In this document: positions 8,846 to 17,542 of the stretch, piece after piece | Layout: every line of letters starts with the position of its first letter | How positions within the stretch are numbered: position 1 is the first letter of the stretch | Source: a virus | Length of the DNA: 64,000 nt | Reading direction: 5' to 3' (one strand) | IMG/VR virus record: IMGVR_UViG_3300031576_000016 | Coordinates: 1 to 64,000 of that record | Notes under the pieces: generated by a model | Database searches by the model: none | What the model was told of the DNA's origin: nothing | Seen by the model: the letters and a program-made list of their open reading frames with translations, nothing else | Translations under genes and position numbers: made by a program

Positions 8846-9292
8846 TCATCCTTTCTTTTGCGGAGCGTTACGTTTGCGACACACACGGAACTTCACGGTT
8901 GCCGATGGCAGGGAAGAGAGCAGGGTTGCACGCCATTCACAGGGCATACAGTACAGCGGGCTACGCTCGCGGGCTTCGTCGATGGCATGGTTGGCCATGC
9001 GTTCGATGTATTCGTCAAGCTGACCTGAGCGGGCCGCTTGCCTCATGTTCTCTTCGTCGAGTTCTTCCAGGTCCCCAGGTAAGGAGACCTCGTAGTAGTC
9101 ATAGACATGGGGCCTTGGCTTGATGACTCGCACGATGCGGTATTCCAGCGTGGTTCCGAAGGTAGCGAGAAACACACGATGAAACGCATTCGCGGGTGTC
9201 TCATTCCCCTGTGTCTCCACAGGGACAGCGTGCTTGGCCTGACGGTATGACCCATCAGGCATCTTTGTCTCGTACCGGATTTTCGCTTTCAT
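8846..9292 (-). CDS. Hypothetical protein
   Basis: Start re-set to MKAKIRY behind a GGGAG RBS. Confidence 0.7.
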   Translation of the reverse strand: MKAKIRYETKMPDGSYRQAKHAVPVETQGNETPANAFHRVFLATFGTTLEYRIVRVIKPRPHVYDYYEVSLPGDLEELDEENMRQAARSGQLDEYIERMANHAIDEARERSPLYCMPCEWRATLLSSLPSATVKFRVCRKRNAPQKKG

Positions 9293-9308
9293 GTCATGAT
9301 GCTCCCTT

Positions 9309-9626
9309 CTACTCTGCAATAAGGTCCAGGTACGCCTGTGCCATCTTACGAATGGCCTCCAGGTTTTCAGGAGAGCGATGCTCTTTCTTGCGTGTGACCA
9401 GACGCACCTGTGGCATCCAGTCATGTGCTTCCACCAGCACAGCGATGTGATAGGGCGTACTCAGGTCAGCAATGGCCTTGTACGCTTCGATGACAGCCCC
9501 ACTGAGATACCATTCGCCACAGTGGGGTGGGCGAAGCTCGCCAGTCCATACGGCCTTGCGGCCGGCCAGCGTGTAACCATCGCCAGGACCCTTGGCTGGG
9601 TAGAGCACGTTGCGCTGTACGCTCAT
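9309..9626 (-). CDS. Hypothetical protein
   Basis: ATGA overlap at 9623-9626. Confidence 0.7.
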   Translation of the reverse strand: MSVQRNVLYPAKGPGDGYTLAGRKAVWTGELRPPHCGEWYLSGAVIEAYKAIADLSTPYHIAVLVEAHDWMPQVRLVTRKKEHRSPENLEAIRKMAQAYLDLIAE

Positions 9627-9982
9627 CGTAGGTATTTCATCCTTTGTGCAAAGAAGCCGTGTGGGATGTCTTCCATGCACGAGCCATCGGCATCGAGTGA
9701 AATGAGCACGCCATGAATGGGTCCTGGCGCTTTGCACACACACCAGGACACGAACCGTGCTTGAATCCTTCCCTGCTTATGCAGCCACTGCGCCACGAGC
9801 AGCAGTAGCTCATCACTGGTGACCAGGTCAACGTCAGTGCCGCCCTTATGGAACGCCAGCAGGCGTTCCTCATAGCCAGGCCCACGTGCGTTGGGCACAA
9901 CGATTGAGGCGATGTGGTATTCCTCGCCAGTGAGCATGTCCGATGGGATAAGCCCACACTGACAGAAGTGAATCGTAATCAC
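9623..9982 (-). CDS. Hypothetical protein
   Basis: Tiles the operon. Confidence 0.7.
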   Translation of the reverse strand: MITIHFCQCGLIPSDMLTGEEYHIASIVVPNARGPGYEERLLAFHKGGTDVDLVTSDELLLLVAQWLHKQGRIQARFVSWCVCKAPGPIHGVLISLDADGSCMEDIPHGFFAQRMKYLR

Positions 9983-10009
9983 GGCTCGCCGTCCTTTCAG
10001 GGCGTAGCC

Positions 10010-10216
10010 CTAGAACATGAGGTTGCGAAGGTTGTCAGCACACGTTTCCGCATCGCCTGGGTCGATGGTGTCAACCTTGTTCTTCCATGCCATTTCGGTC
10101 TTGGCCTTGGCGTGCTCATCAGCAATGTCCGCCAGGAGGTTGAGCACGGTACGCATACCGTAGTGCTTGATGAAGTCGGCCAACGCCTTCTTCAATGGTT
10201 CGTGTTTCTTGTCCAC
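10010..10216 (-). CDS. Hypothetical protein
   Basis: AAGGAG RBS plus GTG start. Confidence 0.75.
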   Translation of the reverse strand: MDKKHEPLKKALADFIKHYGMRTVLNLLADIADEHAKAKTEMAWKNKVDTIDPGDAETCADNLRNLMF

Positions 10217-10225
10217 GTATTCTCC

Positions 10226-10504
10226 TTAGACAGAGGCGAAGAAGTTGACTGCACGTTGCAACAGGCCCAGCGTGCCGGGCCTGATATGTACCACCTGCGG
10301 TGAGCCGGTGACCAGATACCACTGACGGAAACGCTTATTATAGCGAGCGATGACCGCCCGCTCCGCTTCGGTGAACTCGGCATGGTATGCCTTGCGAACA
10401 CGGCCGGTGAGCTTCTTGTCAAGGCCCATGACAACAATCGGATAGTCCACTTGTTCGTGGAAGTTGGTGATTGCGAGCATGATGGGTGCGATGCTAATCG
10501 TCAT
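10226..10504 (-). CDS. Hypothetical protein (start uncertain)
   Basis: Tiles the operon. Confidence 0.65.
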   Translation of the reverse strand: MTISIAPIMLAITNFHEQVDYPIVVMGLDKKLTGRVRKAYHAEFTEAERAVIARYNKRFRQWYLVTGSPQVVHIRPGTLGLLQRAVNFFASV

Positions 10505-10724
10505 CGACAGTGTCCTCCAGAATGCCATCATCGCTGATGTTGTACGCGATGGTTTCCACGTCTTGTTGGTCGCCCTCTTGTTCCACATAGGTGGACTGAA
10601 GAGCGTTGGCCTTATCAAGGGCCTGCTTGATGTCTTTGGCGAACACGTCGATATGATAGAGCTTCTTCACATCGACGGCCACGGTGAACCACTCGCCCTC
10701 TTCGTTGTTGATGGGTTCGGGCAT
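10494..10724 (-). CDS. Small acidic protein (DpnD/PcfM-like pattern)
   Basis: IDVxAxxxxxALxKA pattern; GGGAG RBS. Confidence 0.7.
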   Translation of the reverse strand: MPEPINNEEGEWFTVAVDVKKLYHIDVFAKDIKQALDKANALQSTYVEQEGDQQDVETIAYNISDDGILEDTVDDD

Positions 10725-10726
10725 TG

Positions 10727-11431
10727 TTACTCCCTATGCGGGAGCGGGTACGGCTTGGCAATCCACTCGTCCACGAGACGCTTGGCCTCTGCCTCACTCC
10801 CCGCTTCCTTGATGACTGCGGCCCACAGTTCCTGGTCCTCAAACCCACGCAGCGTTGATGAGTGAATCGTGATGGCCAGCAATGGACCGCGTGAGATTTC
10901 TCGCAGGTACTTGTTCAGAGCGTGCTTGACGTTGGCCGGGTCGAGCAAGTCCTGATAGCGTCTGCGGATGTCTCGACCGCTGAACGTGATTGGGTAGTCG
11001 TCGAAGTTGGCCCAGCCGTGGTATTCGCCAAGCTCGCGATACCCTCTCGCTCGTTCGACCACATCATCCGAACAAAACATCTGCTCGAATGCTTCCGGCG
11101 TGATGTTGATGCCTTCAGCAATCGAACAGAAGTTGTGGTATTGGTCGTAGCCATGACGCTGTTTGTGCTCGGCGTCCTTGTGCCACCACCACACCGGATG
11201 ATTGAGATGGAATTTGTTGTCGGAGAGAATGCCATCGGTCAGATAGCACTTCTCCAACATCACACGATGCACGGTCCACTCGCGCTTCTTCTCCCACTCT
11301 TCGGGCGGGATGACGATTTCCATTTCAGGTTGGTACACACCAGTAGTGTCTTGATAGACCAGGACACCACCGTGTTCGATGAAGTCAACGTCGCCCAGGT
11401 TGGCGAGATACTCCCATTTCGGCTGGCTCAT
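10727..11431 (-). CDS. Hypothetical phage protein
   Basis: MSQPKW...NLGDVxxxEHGG...YHGWxNFDxYP; ATGA overlap. Confidence 0.75.
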   Translation of the reverse strand: MSQPKWEYLANLGDVDFIEHGGVLVYQDTTGVYQPEMEIVIPPEEWEKKREWTVHRVMLEKCYLTDGILSDNKFHLNHPVWWWHKDAEHKQRHGYDQYHNFCSIAEGINITPEAFEQMFCSDDVVERARGYRELGEYHGWANFDDYPITFSGRDIRRRYQDLLDPANVKHALNKYLREISRGPLLAITIHSSTLRGFEDQELWAAVIKEAGSEAEAKRLVDEWIAKPYPLPHRE

Positions 11432-11661
11432 GCTAGAACTCCAACAGGTTGAGGCCGGATGGCCGGCTGATTCGTTTCGCACCACTTGAGAAACGACGCA
11501 TGTGTGACATCGAGACCAAAGGACACGCAGTCGTCGCTGTCCAGGCCGGTCTCGCTCATGGCGTGGGTCCACAGTTGCAGCTGTGCCCTCAGTGCCCGAG
11601 CCTCTTCCTGCTTACGGGCAATTTCCGCCAGCTTCTCGTTCGCTTCTTTGGGGAACTTCAC
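11428..11661 (-). CDS. Hypothetical protein
   Basis: GTG start (MKFPKEANEKL) fills the gap. Confidence 0.55.
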   Translation of the reverse strand: MKFPKEANEKLAEIARKQEEARALRAQLQLWTHAMSETGLDSDDCVSFGLDVTHASFLKWCETNQPAIRPQPVGVLA

Positions 11662-12142
11662 GGTCCACCTTGATGTTAGTGATGAGTTTGCACGCGCCCA
11701 GACATTCCGGGCACGTATACTTTGGCTCTTTGTCGTTGTCCTCTTCGTAGACGACATCGACCTCCATCGGATAGAACGGGGAGTTGCACTCCTCGCAAAT
11801 CCAGATGCCGCACTCTGCGGTCCAATCCATATCCGGCCGCTTGGACTTCGATACGCAACGATGTGTGCCGAAGTGTTGATGGAAACGACCGAACGGAATT
11901 TGCTGGCCGCAGGCCGGGCACACCACAAAGATGCGATGTGCGCTGCTCTTGCGACCATTAGCAGGAGAGACAGTTGGGGTCACGATGACATCCGCAACCA
12001 CCACGACCGTGTCGTGCGGCTGTCGCCATCGTGCAAGGCATTGGACTTGCAAGAACTTGCCAGCGAAATCCGCAGGCATCTTGTCGCCGTTGATGCCCAG
12101 AGTCTCGTACAACAGGCCACGGTCAATGCTCAGTCGTAACAC
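11612..12142 (-). CDS. Double zinc-finger protein
   Basis: CPAC...HxHxxxH and CxxC...CPEC. Confidence 0.7.
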   Translation of the reverse strand: MLRLSIDRGLLYETLGINGDKMPADFAGKFLQVQCLARWRQPHDTVVVVADVIVTPTVSPANGRKSSAHRIFVVCPACGQQIPFGRFHQHFGTHRCVSKSKRPDMDWTAECGIWICEECNSPFYPMEVDVVYEEDNDKEPKYTCPECLGACKLITNIKVDREVPQRSEREAGGNCP

Positions 12143-12645
12143 GCTTCAACCTCCCTTGTCCAACCATCGTAGCCGGGTGTGCCCGATGGGTACTCGGTTT
12201 CTTCGGGTGGTTCCTTGCCGCAGTAGTCGGCGTAATCGCCTGGTTCACCAACGGGAATCCAGTCGCCGTGTCCGAAGCTGCTGTAGTCGATGCGGCGCTG
12301 TTTGCCCAGCCTGACCTTGACGAACCGCGAGCCGGCATCGCCATCGTGGTGGATGTTGTCCAGCACGTCATTGACCATGTTATTGAACGCGACCCAATCG
12401 GCACCTTCCAGGCACGTGCTCTTGCGGTGACGACCGCCGGTGACACGACATGGGCCAGCATGATTCCCACAGTAGCCCTTGCTCCTGCGAAGGCGAATGG
12501 TCTCGATGTTCACACGCCAGGGACTTCGTCCATGCCTGATGACGCAAATGTTATCGACAACGAATCGCGATTCGGCAATGCGTTGCCGCAACAGGTCGCG
12601 GACCAACTCGGCGTGTGCCTGAGTCTTGCAGCGGACGTGATACAT
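12130..12645 (-). CDS. Hypothetical protein
   Basis: GGAGG RBS before MYHVRC; YCGNHxGPC motif. Confidence 0.75.
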   Translation of the reverse strand: MYHVRCKTQAHAELVRDLLRQRIAESRFVVDNICVIRHGRSPWRVNIETIRLRRSKGYCGNHAGPCRVTGGRHRKSTCLEGADWVAFNNMVNDVLDNIHHDGDAGSRFVKVRLGKQRRIDYSSFGHGDWIPVGEPGDYADYCGKEPPEETEYPSGTPGYDGWTREVEACYD

Positions 12646-12647
12646 GG

Positions 12648-12914
12648 CTACCTCCATCGCTTGTGTTCGGCGTCCGTTGCTTTTTCAAAGCCACACGCTT
12701 CGAGCACACGGTCGAGCAGACGGCCAAGGAAGTTGTTGATGACCGCTTGGCGAGGTTCGACACCGCTCTTGATGTCTTCTTCCACCTGGTCACACGCCTT
12801 GAGCATGATGCCAAGGGCGTAGATGTTGACGCGACGACCGGCCTTGCGGTCTCTGGCCTCTTGCAAGCGGTCGTGTTCGGTCACGGCCGAAACCATCTTG
12901 TCGTGCAGCGTCAT
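12648..12914 (-). CDS. Hypothetical protein
   Basis: ATGA overlap. Confidence 0.75.
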   Translation of the reverse strand: MTLHDKMVSAVTEHDRLQEARDRKAGRRVNIYALGIMLKACDQVEEDIKSGVEPRQAVINNFLGRLLDRVLEACGFEKATDAEHKRWR

Positions 12915-13168
12915 GCGGTCACCAATCCTTCTGCGGCCTCATAAGCCTTCATCACGTTGTCGTGAGCGAAGCTCTGAATGCCGCACAGACTGGCACACTT
13001 GTCACACCACAGCACGTTGATGGGGTGATTGTTGATTTCATCGGTGCCGGCATTGGGCAGCAACAGCCGAAGCTGACTGATGCTCCTTGACCAGCCGTGG
13101 ACGACGCCCGATAGGTTGCAAGCGTTCTGCACATCGAGCGCTTCTTGAGCGAGTTCTTTGAGGTTCAT
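12911..13168 (-). CDS. Hypothetical phage protein
   Basis: ALDVQxACNLSGVVH motif; ATGA overlap. Confidence 0.75.
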   Translation of the reverse strand: MNLKELAQEALDVQNACNLSGVVHGWSRSISQLRLLLPNAGTDEINNHPINVLWCDKCASLCGIQSFAHDNVMKAYEAAEGLVTA

Positions 13169-13437
13169 GATACTCTCCCGACATGGTTGCAGGAGAACTC
13201 GAAACGCTCGAACACCGATGCGTCCGGGTCCTCTCGATACCTCTCGACGGCGTCGTCGCCGCCGTGCGCCTTCGCACCATCTTCGCTGTAAACCAGCACA
13301 TCGAGCGTGGCCCGACCGCTGGAGATGAGATTGTTGAAGACGGCCTGCGCCGCCTCTTTGGGGTCGTCGAAATACTTCGGGTTGGCTTCTTGTCCGCCTT
13401 CAACCTGGTACTCGACGCCATCATGCAGTTTTGGCAT
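13165..13437 (-). CDS. Hypothetical acidic protein
   Basis: GAGG RBS. Confidence 0.75.
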   Translation of the reverse strand: MPKLHDGVEYQVEGGQEANPKYFDDPKEAAQAVFNNLISSGRATLDVLVYSEDGAKAHGGDDAVERYREDPDASVFERFEFSCNHVGRVS

Positions 13438-13444
13438 ATCAGCC

Positions 13445-13651
13445 TCAATCAGGATGGTTGCTATCGGCCGGCTGTCCCATCAACCCGTCGTTGTGGGTCT
13501 CGGCCTCATCTGCACACGCTTCGCAGCAATACGTGCCTTGAGCGGTCTCGAAGGCATCGTCGCCATTGTGCAACAGGTCGTTGCATTGATGACACGAGCA
13601 CGCTCTTTCGAGCGGCGGAACCTTGATGACAATCCAATGGCCTACGGCCAT
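13445..13651 (-). CDS. Small zinc-finger protein
   Basis: CxxC...YCCxxC. Confidence 0.7.
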   Translation of the reverse strand: MAVGHWIVIKVPPLERACSCHQCNDLLHNGDDAFETAQGTYCCEACADEAETHNDGLMGQPADSNHPD

Positions 13652-13676
13652 TATGCACCCCTTTTGTACGTGACAA

Positions 13677-13702
13677 CCCCGGGGGCCGCAAGACCCCCGA
13701 GG
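13677..13702 (-). terminator. GC-rich hairpin (terminator or processing site) separating two early blocks
   Basis: CCTCGGGGGTC-TTGC-GGCCCCCGGGG, an 11-bp stem with G-U pairs on the minus strand; weak U tail. Confidence 0.45.
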
Positions 13703-13723
13703 AAATGCGGACTGTACGTGAGT

Positions 13724-14356
13724 TTAGCTGGGGTTGCGGAGCTTTTTCAGACGGCCGTGGAGAACGCTGTAGGTCACACCGGCGATGCGGCTTGCTTCAC
13801 GAATCGAGTAGCCCTCTTGCTGAACCATCTCGATGGCGCGGGCCAGCTTCTCGGTCTTGGTGGGCACATAAGCAGGAGAGGGGACATCGTCGTCGGTCGC
13901 GGGGAAGTCGAAGGTGTCGTCTTCCAGGACTTCGGCGTGCGGGATGGCATCGACACTCGCTTCGGGCATGACCACGTTGGCGACACTCGGCGCGGGCGAC
14001 GGCTCATAATCCCACACCGGCAAACACTCCTCTTCCTGCACATCTGGCATGAAGCCGAGACTCAGCCCAGCGGTCGGACGGTAGATGATGCCAACCACGT
14101 ACCCATCGGGGCAGGGAATGGTTTGCGGCTCTTCCGCGACGGTCGTGGGGAAGTAGTTCTCACGCACCCACCGATAGCAGGCACAGGCGACGACGACGCA
14201 GAACAGGGCATAGCCGGCGACGAGGACGGTCCAGAAGGCCAGAGCCAGGGCGACCACGAGGACGGGCAACGTCATGGCCGCGAGGCACACCAGGCCCAGG
14301 TTGTAGAGGTTGATGGCCTTGAGCACGCTGACGCTGATGTTGAGGACGTTACGCAT
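13724..14356 (-). CDS. Membrane-anchored protein with C-terminal HTH (Psq-like)
   Basis: Hydrophobic N-terminus, acidic Pro-rich linker, AIEMVxxxGYSIREASRxxGVxxSxLxGRL. Confidence 0.7.
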   Translation of the reverse strand: MRNVLNISVSVLKAINLYNLGLVCLAAMTLPVLVVALALAFWTVLVAGYALFCVVVACACYRWVRENYFPTTVAEEPQTIPCPDGYVVGIIYRPTAGLSLGFMPDVQEEECLPVWDYEPSPAPSVANVVMPEASVDAIPHAEVLEDDTFDFPATDDDVPSPAYVPTKTEKLARAIEMVQQEGYSIREASRIAGVTYSVLHGRLKKLRNPS

Positions 14357-14477
14357 TGAACAGACTCCATACGATTAGCTGAGACACGCGGCACAGCAAC
14401 ACACTGCACCGAATTCAAACCTCTCTCTGTCACGGACTTACGTTCTATGGCCGCATAGTGGGCCTGAATTTGACGCG

Positions 14478-14759
14478 CTATTGCTTCGCTTTCGCGGTCG
14501 TGGCGACCTTGGAAGCCAGCTTTGCGGCGATATTGGCACGCTGAGACTGGAATGTCTCGGCATAGCAGTAGGGGCCGTTCTCGTCTTCCGACCAGTAGTA
14601 GGGCGTCAGGCCCTGACGATAGAGTTCGGTGATGAACAGCCCACGCCAACGGTTCTCCGGATGTTGGGTGAGGACTTCGACCGGGATGCGAGCACACACG
14701 TGGTCGTTACCCAGGTCGGTCTTGAGAACCGGGATGCGAGTGATGTGACGTTGACGCAT
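14478..14759 (-). CDS. Hypothetical protein
   Basis: AGGAG RBS. Confidence 0.7.
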   Translation of the reverse strand: MRQRHITRIPVLKTDLGNDHVCARIPVEVLTQHPENRWRGLFITELYRQGLTPYYWSEDENGPYCYAETFQSQRANIAAKLASKVATTAKAKQ

Positions 14760-14762
14760 GAC

Positions 14763-15098
14763 TTAGACTCCTGACTTGGGGCGAGCTTTCACCCGGCCGG
14801 TGCGTTCCACGCGGAGCGCTGCCGGGGATTGAGGCTGATTGGACCGGCGGAACATCCAGGTCACGACCGCACCATCGCGGCACACGGCCCACACCTGGTC
14901 ACCATTGGACGATTCGCGGCAGACATACGGCCTACGGCCGTTCGTGTCGCCGTACTCCTTGCGAAGCTGTATCACCAGCACAGCGATGGACTTGTGTTGC
15001 TGTGCGATGGACTCGACTTCCCGGACGGTTGCGTCCAGGTCAAGGCCGGTTTCGGCAATGCGGTTGTCGAGACGGGCCAGAGCGTGCAAGGATTGCAT
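14763..15098 (-). CDS. Hypothetical protein
   Basis: AGGAG RBS; HAxxRxxxR...VxTWMxRR. Confidence 0.7.
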   Translation of the reverse strand: MQSLHALARLDNRIAETGLDLDATVREVESIAQQHKSIAVLVIQLRKEYGDTNGRRPYVCRESSNGDQVWAVCRDGAVVTWMFRRSNQPQSPAALRVERTGRVKARPKSGV

Positions 15099-15157
15099 GG
15101 CAGACTCCTACGGATGGACGAACAGACACGGCCGCTTACTGCGCTTCAGCGGCACAC

Positions 15158-15316
15158 TTACTCATCCCATGTGTCAACCCTATGGCCTTCCGGGTCATAC
15201 ATGGTGAAGCCAACAGCAATGAGGTCGTTCATGTGCTGCGTGGGGGACTGGCGAAGGGTATTGGCAGCGATGACGCCAAGGGTAAAGAACAGGATGGCGA
15301 TGGCGAAGCGGGACAT
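15158..15316 (-). CDS. Small membrane or secreted protein
   Basis: GAGGAG RBS before the hydrophobic start MSRFAIAILFFTLGV. Confidence 0.55.
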   Translation of the reverse strand: MSRFAIAILFFTLGVIAANTLRQSPTQHMNDLIAVGFTMYDPEGHRVDTWDE

Positions 15317-15391
15317 GACACTCTCCTCTGCTGATGGGGGAAGGATTTGTGACACTGAAGTTGCACCACCGGCACCGAAATGGGTCATGTA

Positions 15392-15610
15392 TTAGCTGAG
15401 ACAACCCCACTTTTCGGCGCACTCGTCGCACACGATGGGCCAGATAGCCCATAGGTCAGTGCTGACTATGTTCAGGTCGGTCAGAACCAGGTCGGTAGCC
15501 ATGGCAACGGCCGCGACTGCAATGGTTTTGACGACACTTTCCCCGGACGGACGCACCAACAGACACGTCCACCAGGGTAGACCGAAACAAATGGCACAGA
15601 GTTCCGACAT
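15392..15610 (-). CDS. Small zinc-binding protein
   Basis: GAGGAG RBS; CxxC...CxxC. Confidence 0.55.
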   Translation of the reverse strand: MSELCAICFGLPWWTCLLVRPSGESVVKTIAVAAVAMATDLVLTDLNIVSTDLWAIWPIVCDECAEKWGCLS

Positions 15611-15641
15611 AGACTCCTCTGTTACATCGGCGTTACACGTT

Positions 15642-15680
15642 GCATAGACTTAGGGGCCGACTAAGAGCCTAAGTCTATGC
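15642..15680. repeat. Perfect 13-bp inverted repeat with 13-nt spacer
   Basis: GCATAGACTTAGG (15642-54) / CCTAAGTCTATGC (15668-80), intergenic. Confidence 0.85.
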
Positions 15681-15726
15681 GTAGTAAGGGTTTGCATATG
15701 ACAACCCATCTAGGTTACCAATCTAG

Positions 15727-15909
15727 CTAGACGGGGACCTTGTGCGGTTGGACGTAGTGGTCCTTCAGCGTCTTGGCCCGAGCTTCGGCGTTGGCCTTCT
15801 GAGTGTACGGGAAGCTCTCCACGAGCCGGCCGAATGGGTCCAGGACGTTCCACACGACCTTCATGGCACGGCCGGTGATGGGTTCGTAGACGCGGGGGAA
15901 GTCGAGCAT
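15727..15909 (-). CDS. Hypothetical protein
   Basis: GAGG RBS. Confidence 0.7.
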   Translation of the reverse strand: MLDFPRVYEPITGRAMKVVWNVLDPFGRLVESFPYTQKANAEARAKTLKDHYVQPHKVPV

Positions 15910-15930
15910 GTGAAACCTCAGTGGTATGGG

Positions 15931-16470
15931 TTAGATGGAGGCGATGGCGACGACTTTCTTGCCGAGCATGGACTTCGTGTATGCCGCATCCTGGACAGCC
16001 AGCTTGCGGGACTCGTTTTCGGTAGCGCTGCCCTTGGCACCGCCCTGGCTGGGCTTGCTGGGGCTGTTGCGGACCTTTTCCGGTCCGCCGCCTTGAGCCT
16101 GATGACCGACGCGGGCCGACATGACCAGTTCCCAACTGACCACGCAACTGAAGGCGATGGCACTGTGTAGCTGTTCCACGCTGCCGGAGATGACCAGTGC
16201 GGTTCGGTATTCGCCGTGGGTAGGGTGTTCCTCTTGCACCTTGACGCCAGTGCGGTGCAGCATAGCCTTGACCAGCCCTCTGGCTTTGTGGTTGTTGGTA
16301 TCGACCCACACGATGACGCGGGGGACGACGGTGAGGCATGGACCCATTGCGTCCAGTTCTGCCGCCCATTGTTCAGCGGACACACCAATCGGCTTGCGGA
16401 CCGTGTGGCACGTGGGCTTGACGCGGTCAACCCCGTTGTGGGGCAGTCGTTTCGGACGCGAGCGTGGCAT
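15931..16470 (-). CDS. Basic hypothetical protein
   Basis: AAGGAG RBS. Confidence 0.75.
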   Translation of the reverse strand: MPRSRPKRLPHNGVDRVKPTCHTVRKPIGVSAEQWAAELDAMGPCLTVVPRVIVWVDTNNHKARGLVKAMLHRTGVKVQEEHPTHGEYRTALVISGSVEQLHSAIAFSCVVSWELVMSARVGHQAQGGGPEKVRNSPSKPSQGGAKGSATENESRKLAVQDAAYTKSMLGKKVVAIASI

Positions 16471-16501
16471 GGTCGTTCTCCTTGTGTGGTGGACCAGGTA
16501 A

Positions 16502-16552
16502 GGGGGTCGGGGGGGAGTCGAACCCCCCTGTGTTAGGCCGACCTACAACCCC
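16502..16552 (-). ncRNA. Minimal tRNA-like element A (acceptor stem plus T-arm, no canonical D or anticodon arm)
   Basis: GGGGTTG/CGACCCC 7-bp stem, then TAG at positions 8-10, a TAGG/CCTA hairpin, and GGGGGG-TTCGACT-CCCCCC. Confidence 0.55.
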
Positions 16553-16558
16553 TTGCGG

Positions 16559-16840
16559 CTACTTCTTGCCCTTGGGCGCTTCTTCCCCGCTGATGAACGT
16601 GGCGAGGTTGGACGGGGTGAGGACGTGAGTGTTGGTTTTCTTCGCCGTTTCGCCGTCCGGAAGCAACACCTGGACTTTCTCGGCAACCTTGATGTTGTCG
16701 GTTTGCTTCTTGGCGAGCGCGGTCATGGCGTCGGCGGTGTCGTCACACTGGCCGTCCATCTTGAAGCCGAATGCCCCGACCTTGACGGTGACGGTGCTGC
16801 TGACGGCGTTCTTGCGGGCAAAGCTCTTGCGGTCGAACAT
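16559..16840 (-). CDS. Lys/Thr-rich hypothetical protein
   Basis: AAGGAG RBS; biased codon use. Confidence 0.8.
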   Translation of the reverse strand: MFDRKSFARKNAVSSTVTVKVGAFGFKMDGQCDDTADAMTALAKKQTDNIKVAEKVQVLLPDGETAKKTNTHVLTPSNLATFISGEEAPKGKK

Positions 16841-16882
16841 GGTAAACTCTCCTTGGGCGATACATGATGGGTTTGGACACAG

Positions 16883-16939
16883 TGCTCCCAGGGGGACTCG
16901 AACCTCCTACGGCCCCATCGGGCCGGCAACCTACGGAGC
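16883..16939 (-). ncRNA. Minimal tRNA-like element B
   Basis: GCTCC/GGAGC stem, GTAGGT, CGGCCC-GATG-GGGCCG hairpin, GGAGG-TTCGAGT-CCCCC T-arm. Confidence 0.5.
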
Positions 16940-17261
16940 GGGCGATTGTACGTTGCGTCCTGGACTCTTGCTGACCTGGCATTGCACGCGGGCCTGTGGG
17001 CTACGTCGCGTTCCAGTGGGCGGACTGGACCTGACCAGGTTCGTGCGGTCGGCTACCATCCAGGGGCAGACTATTTACCGGTCTGCGAGCGGTTGGAGCT
17101 TTTGCGGCAAGCTCACGCCTTTGCATCTGCGAGCCGGAGTCCTCTCGGTTCCGGGGGGGAGATTGGCTGACCGGCTGACGGCCGTACCGTACTTCCTGCG
17201 GCTATGTGACCGGGGCGTGAAGCACAGCACCCGGCTGCCCCAACCGTCATGGTTGGGACAT

Positions 17262-17435
17262 GGTAGAGAGGGGGGTGGTGCCGCGCGGCGGGGGGGTTTT
17301 TTTGTTTGGGAGGGGGGTAGCCGCCCCCCTGCATACCCCCGGGGGGCCTACATAAGCAGCAAGCGGGTCCCTTTTCAAAAAATGTCTCGGCTAATCTTCC
17401 AAAATGGCAAACGACGAAACCGAAAAAAATTTGGT
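17262..17435. other. Strand-switch region; candidate packaging (pac/cos) site or genome terminus
   Basis: Clustered G6-7/C5-6 runs, CCCCCGGGGG palindrome and following A-tracts, between divergent gene arms. Confidence 0.45.
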
Positions 17436-17542
17436 CTTGCCTCAAAACTGCGTTTTCTGGTAGCCTCTTCTCACGAGCAGGGGCCGGCCGGTGTTTTCAA
17501 GGCCCGCCGCAACCGGCCCCGCTCGTATCCTGGAGGCTTGTC

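Noticed and set aside
16502-16939. Canonical tRNA genes or a tmRNA
   Set aside because: No D-arm, anticodon loop or CCA; no G3-U70 pair; each element closes its own acceptor stem
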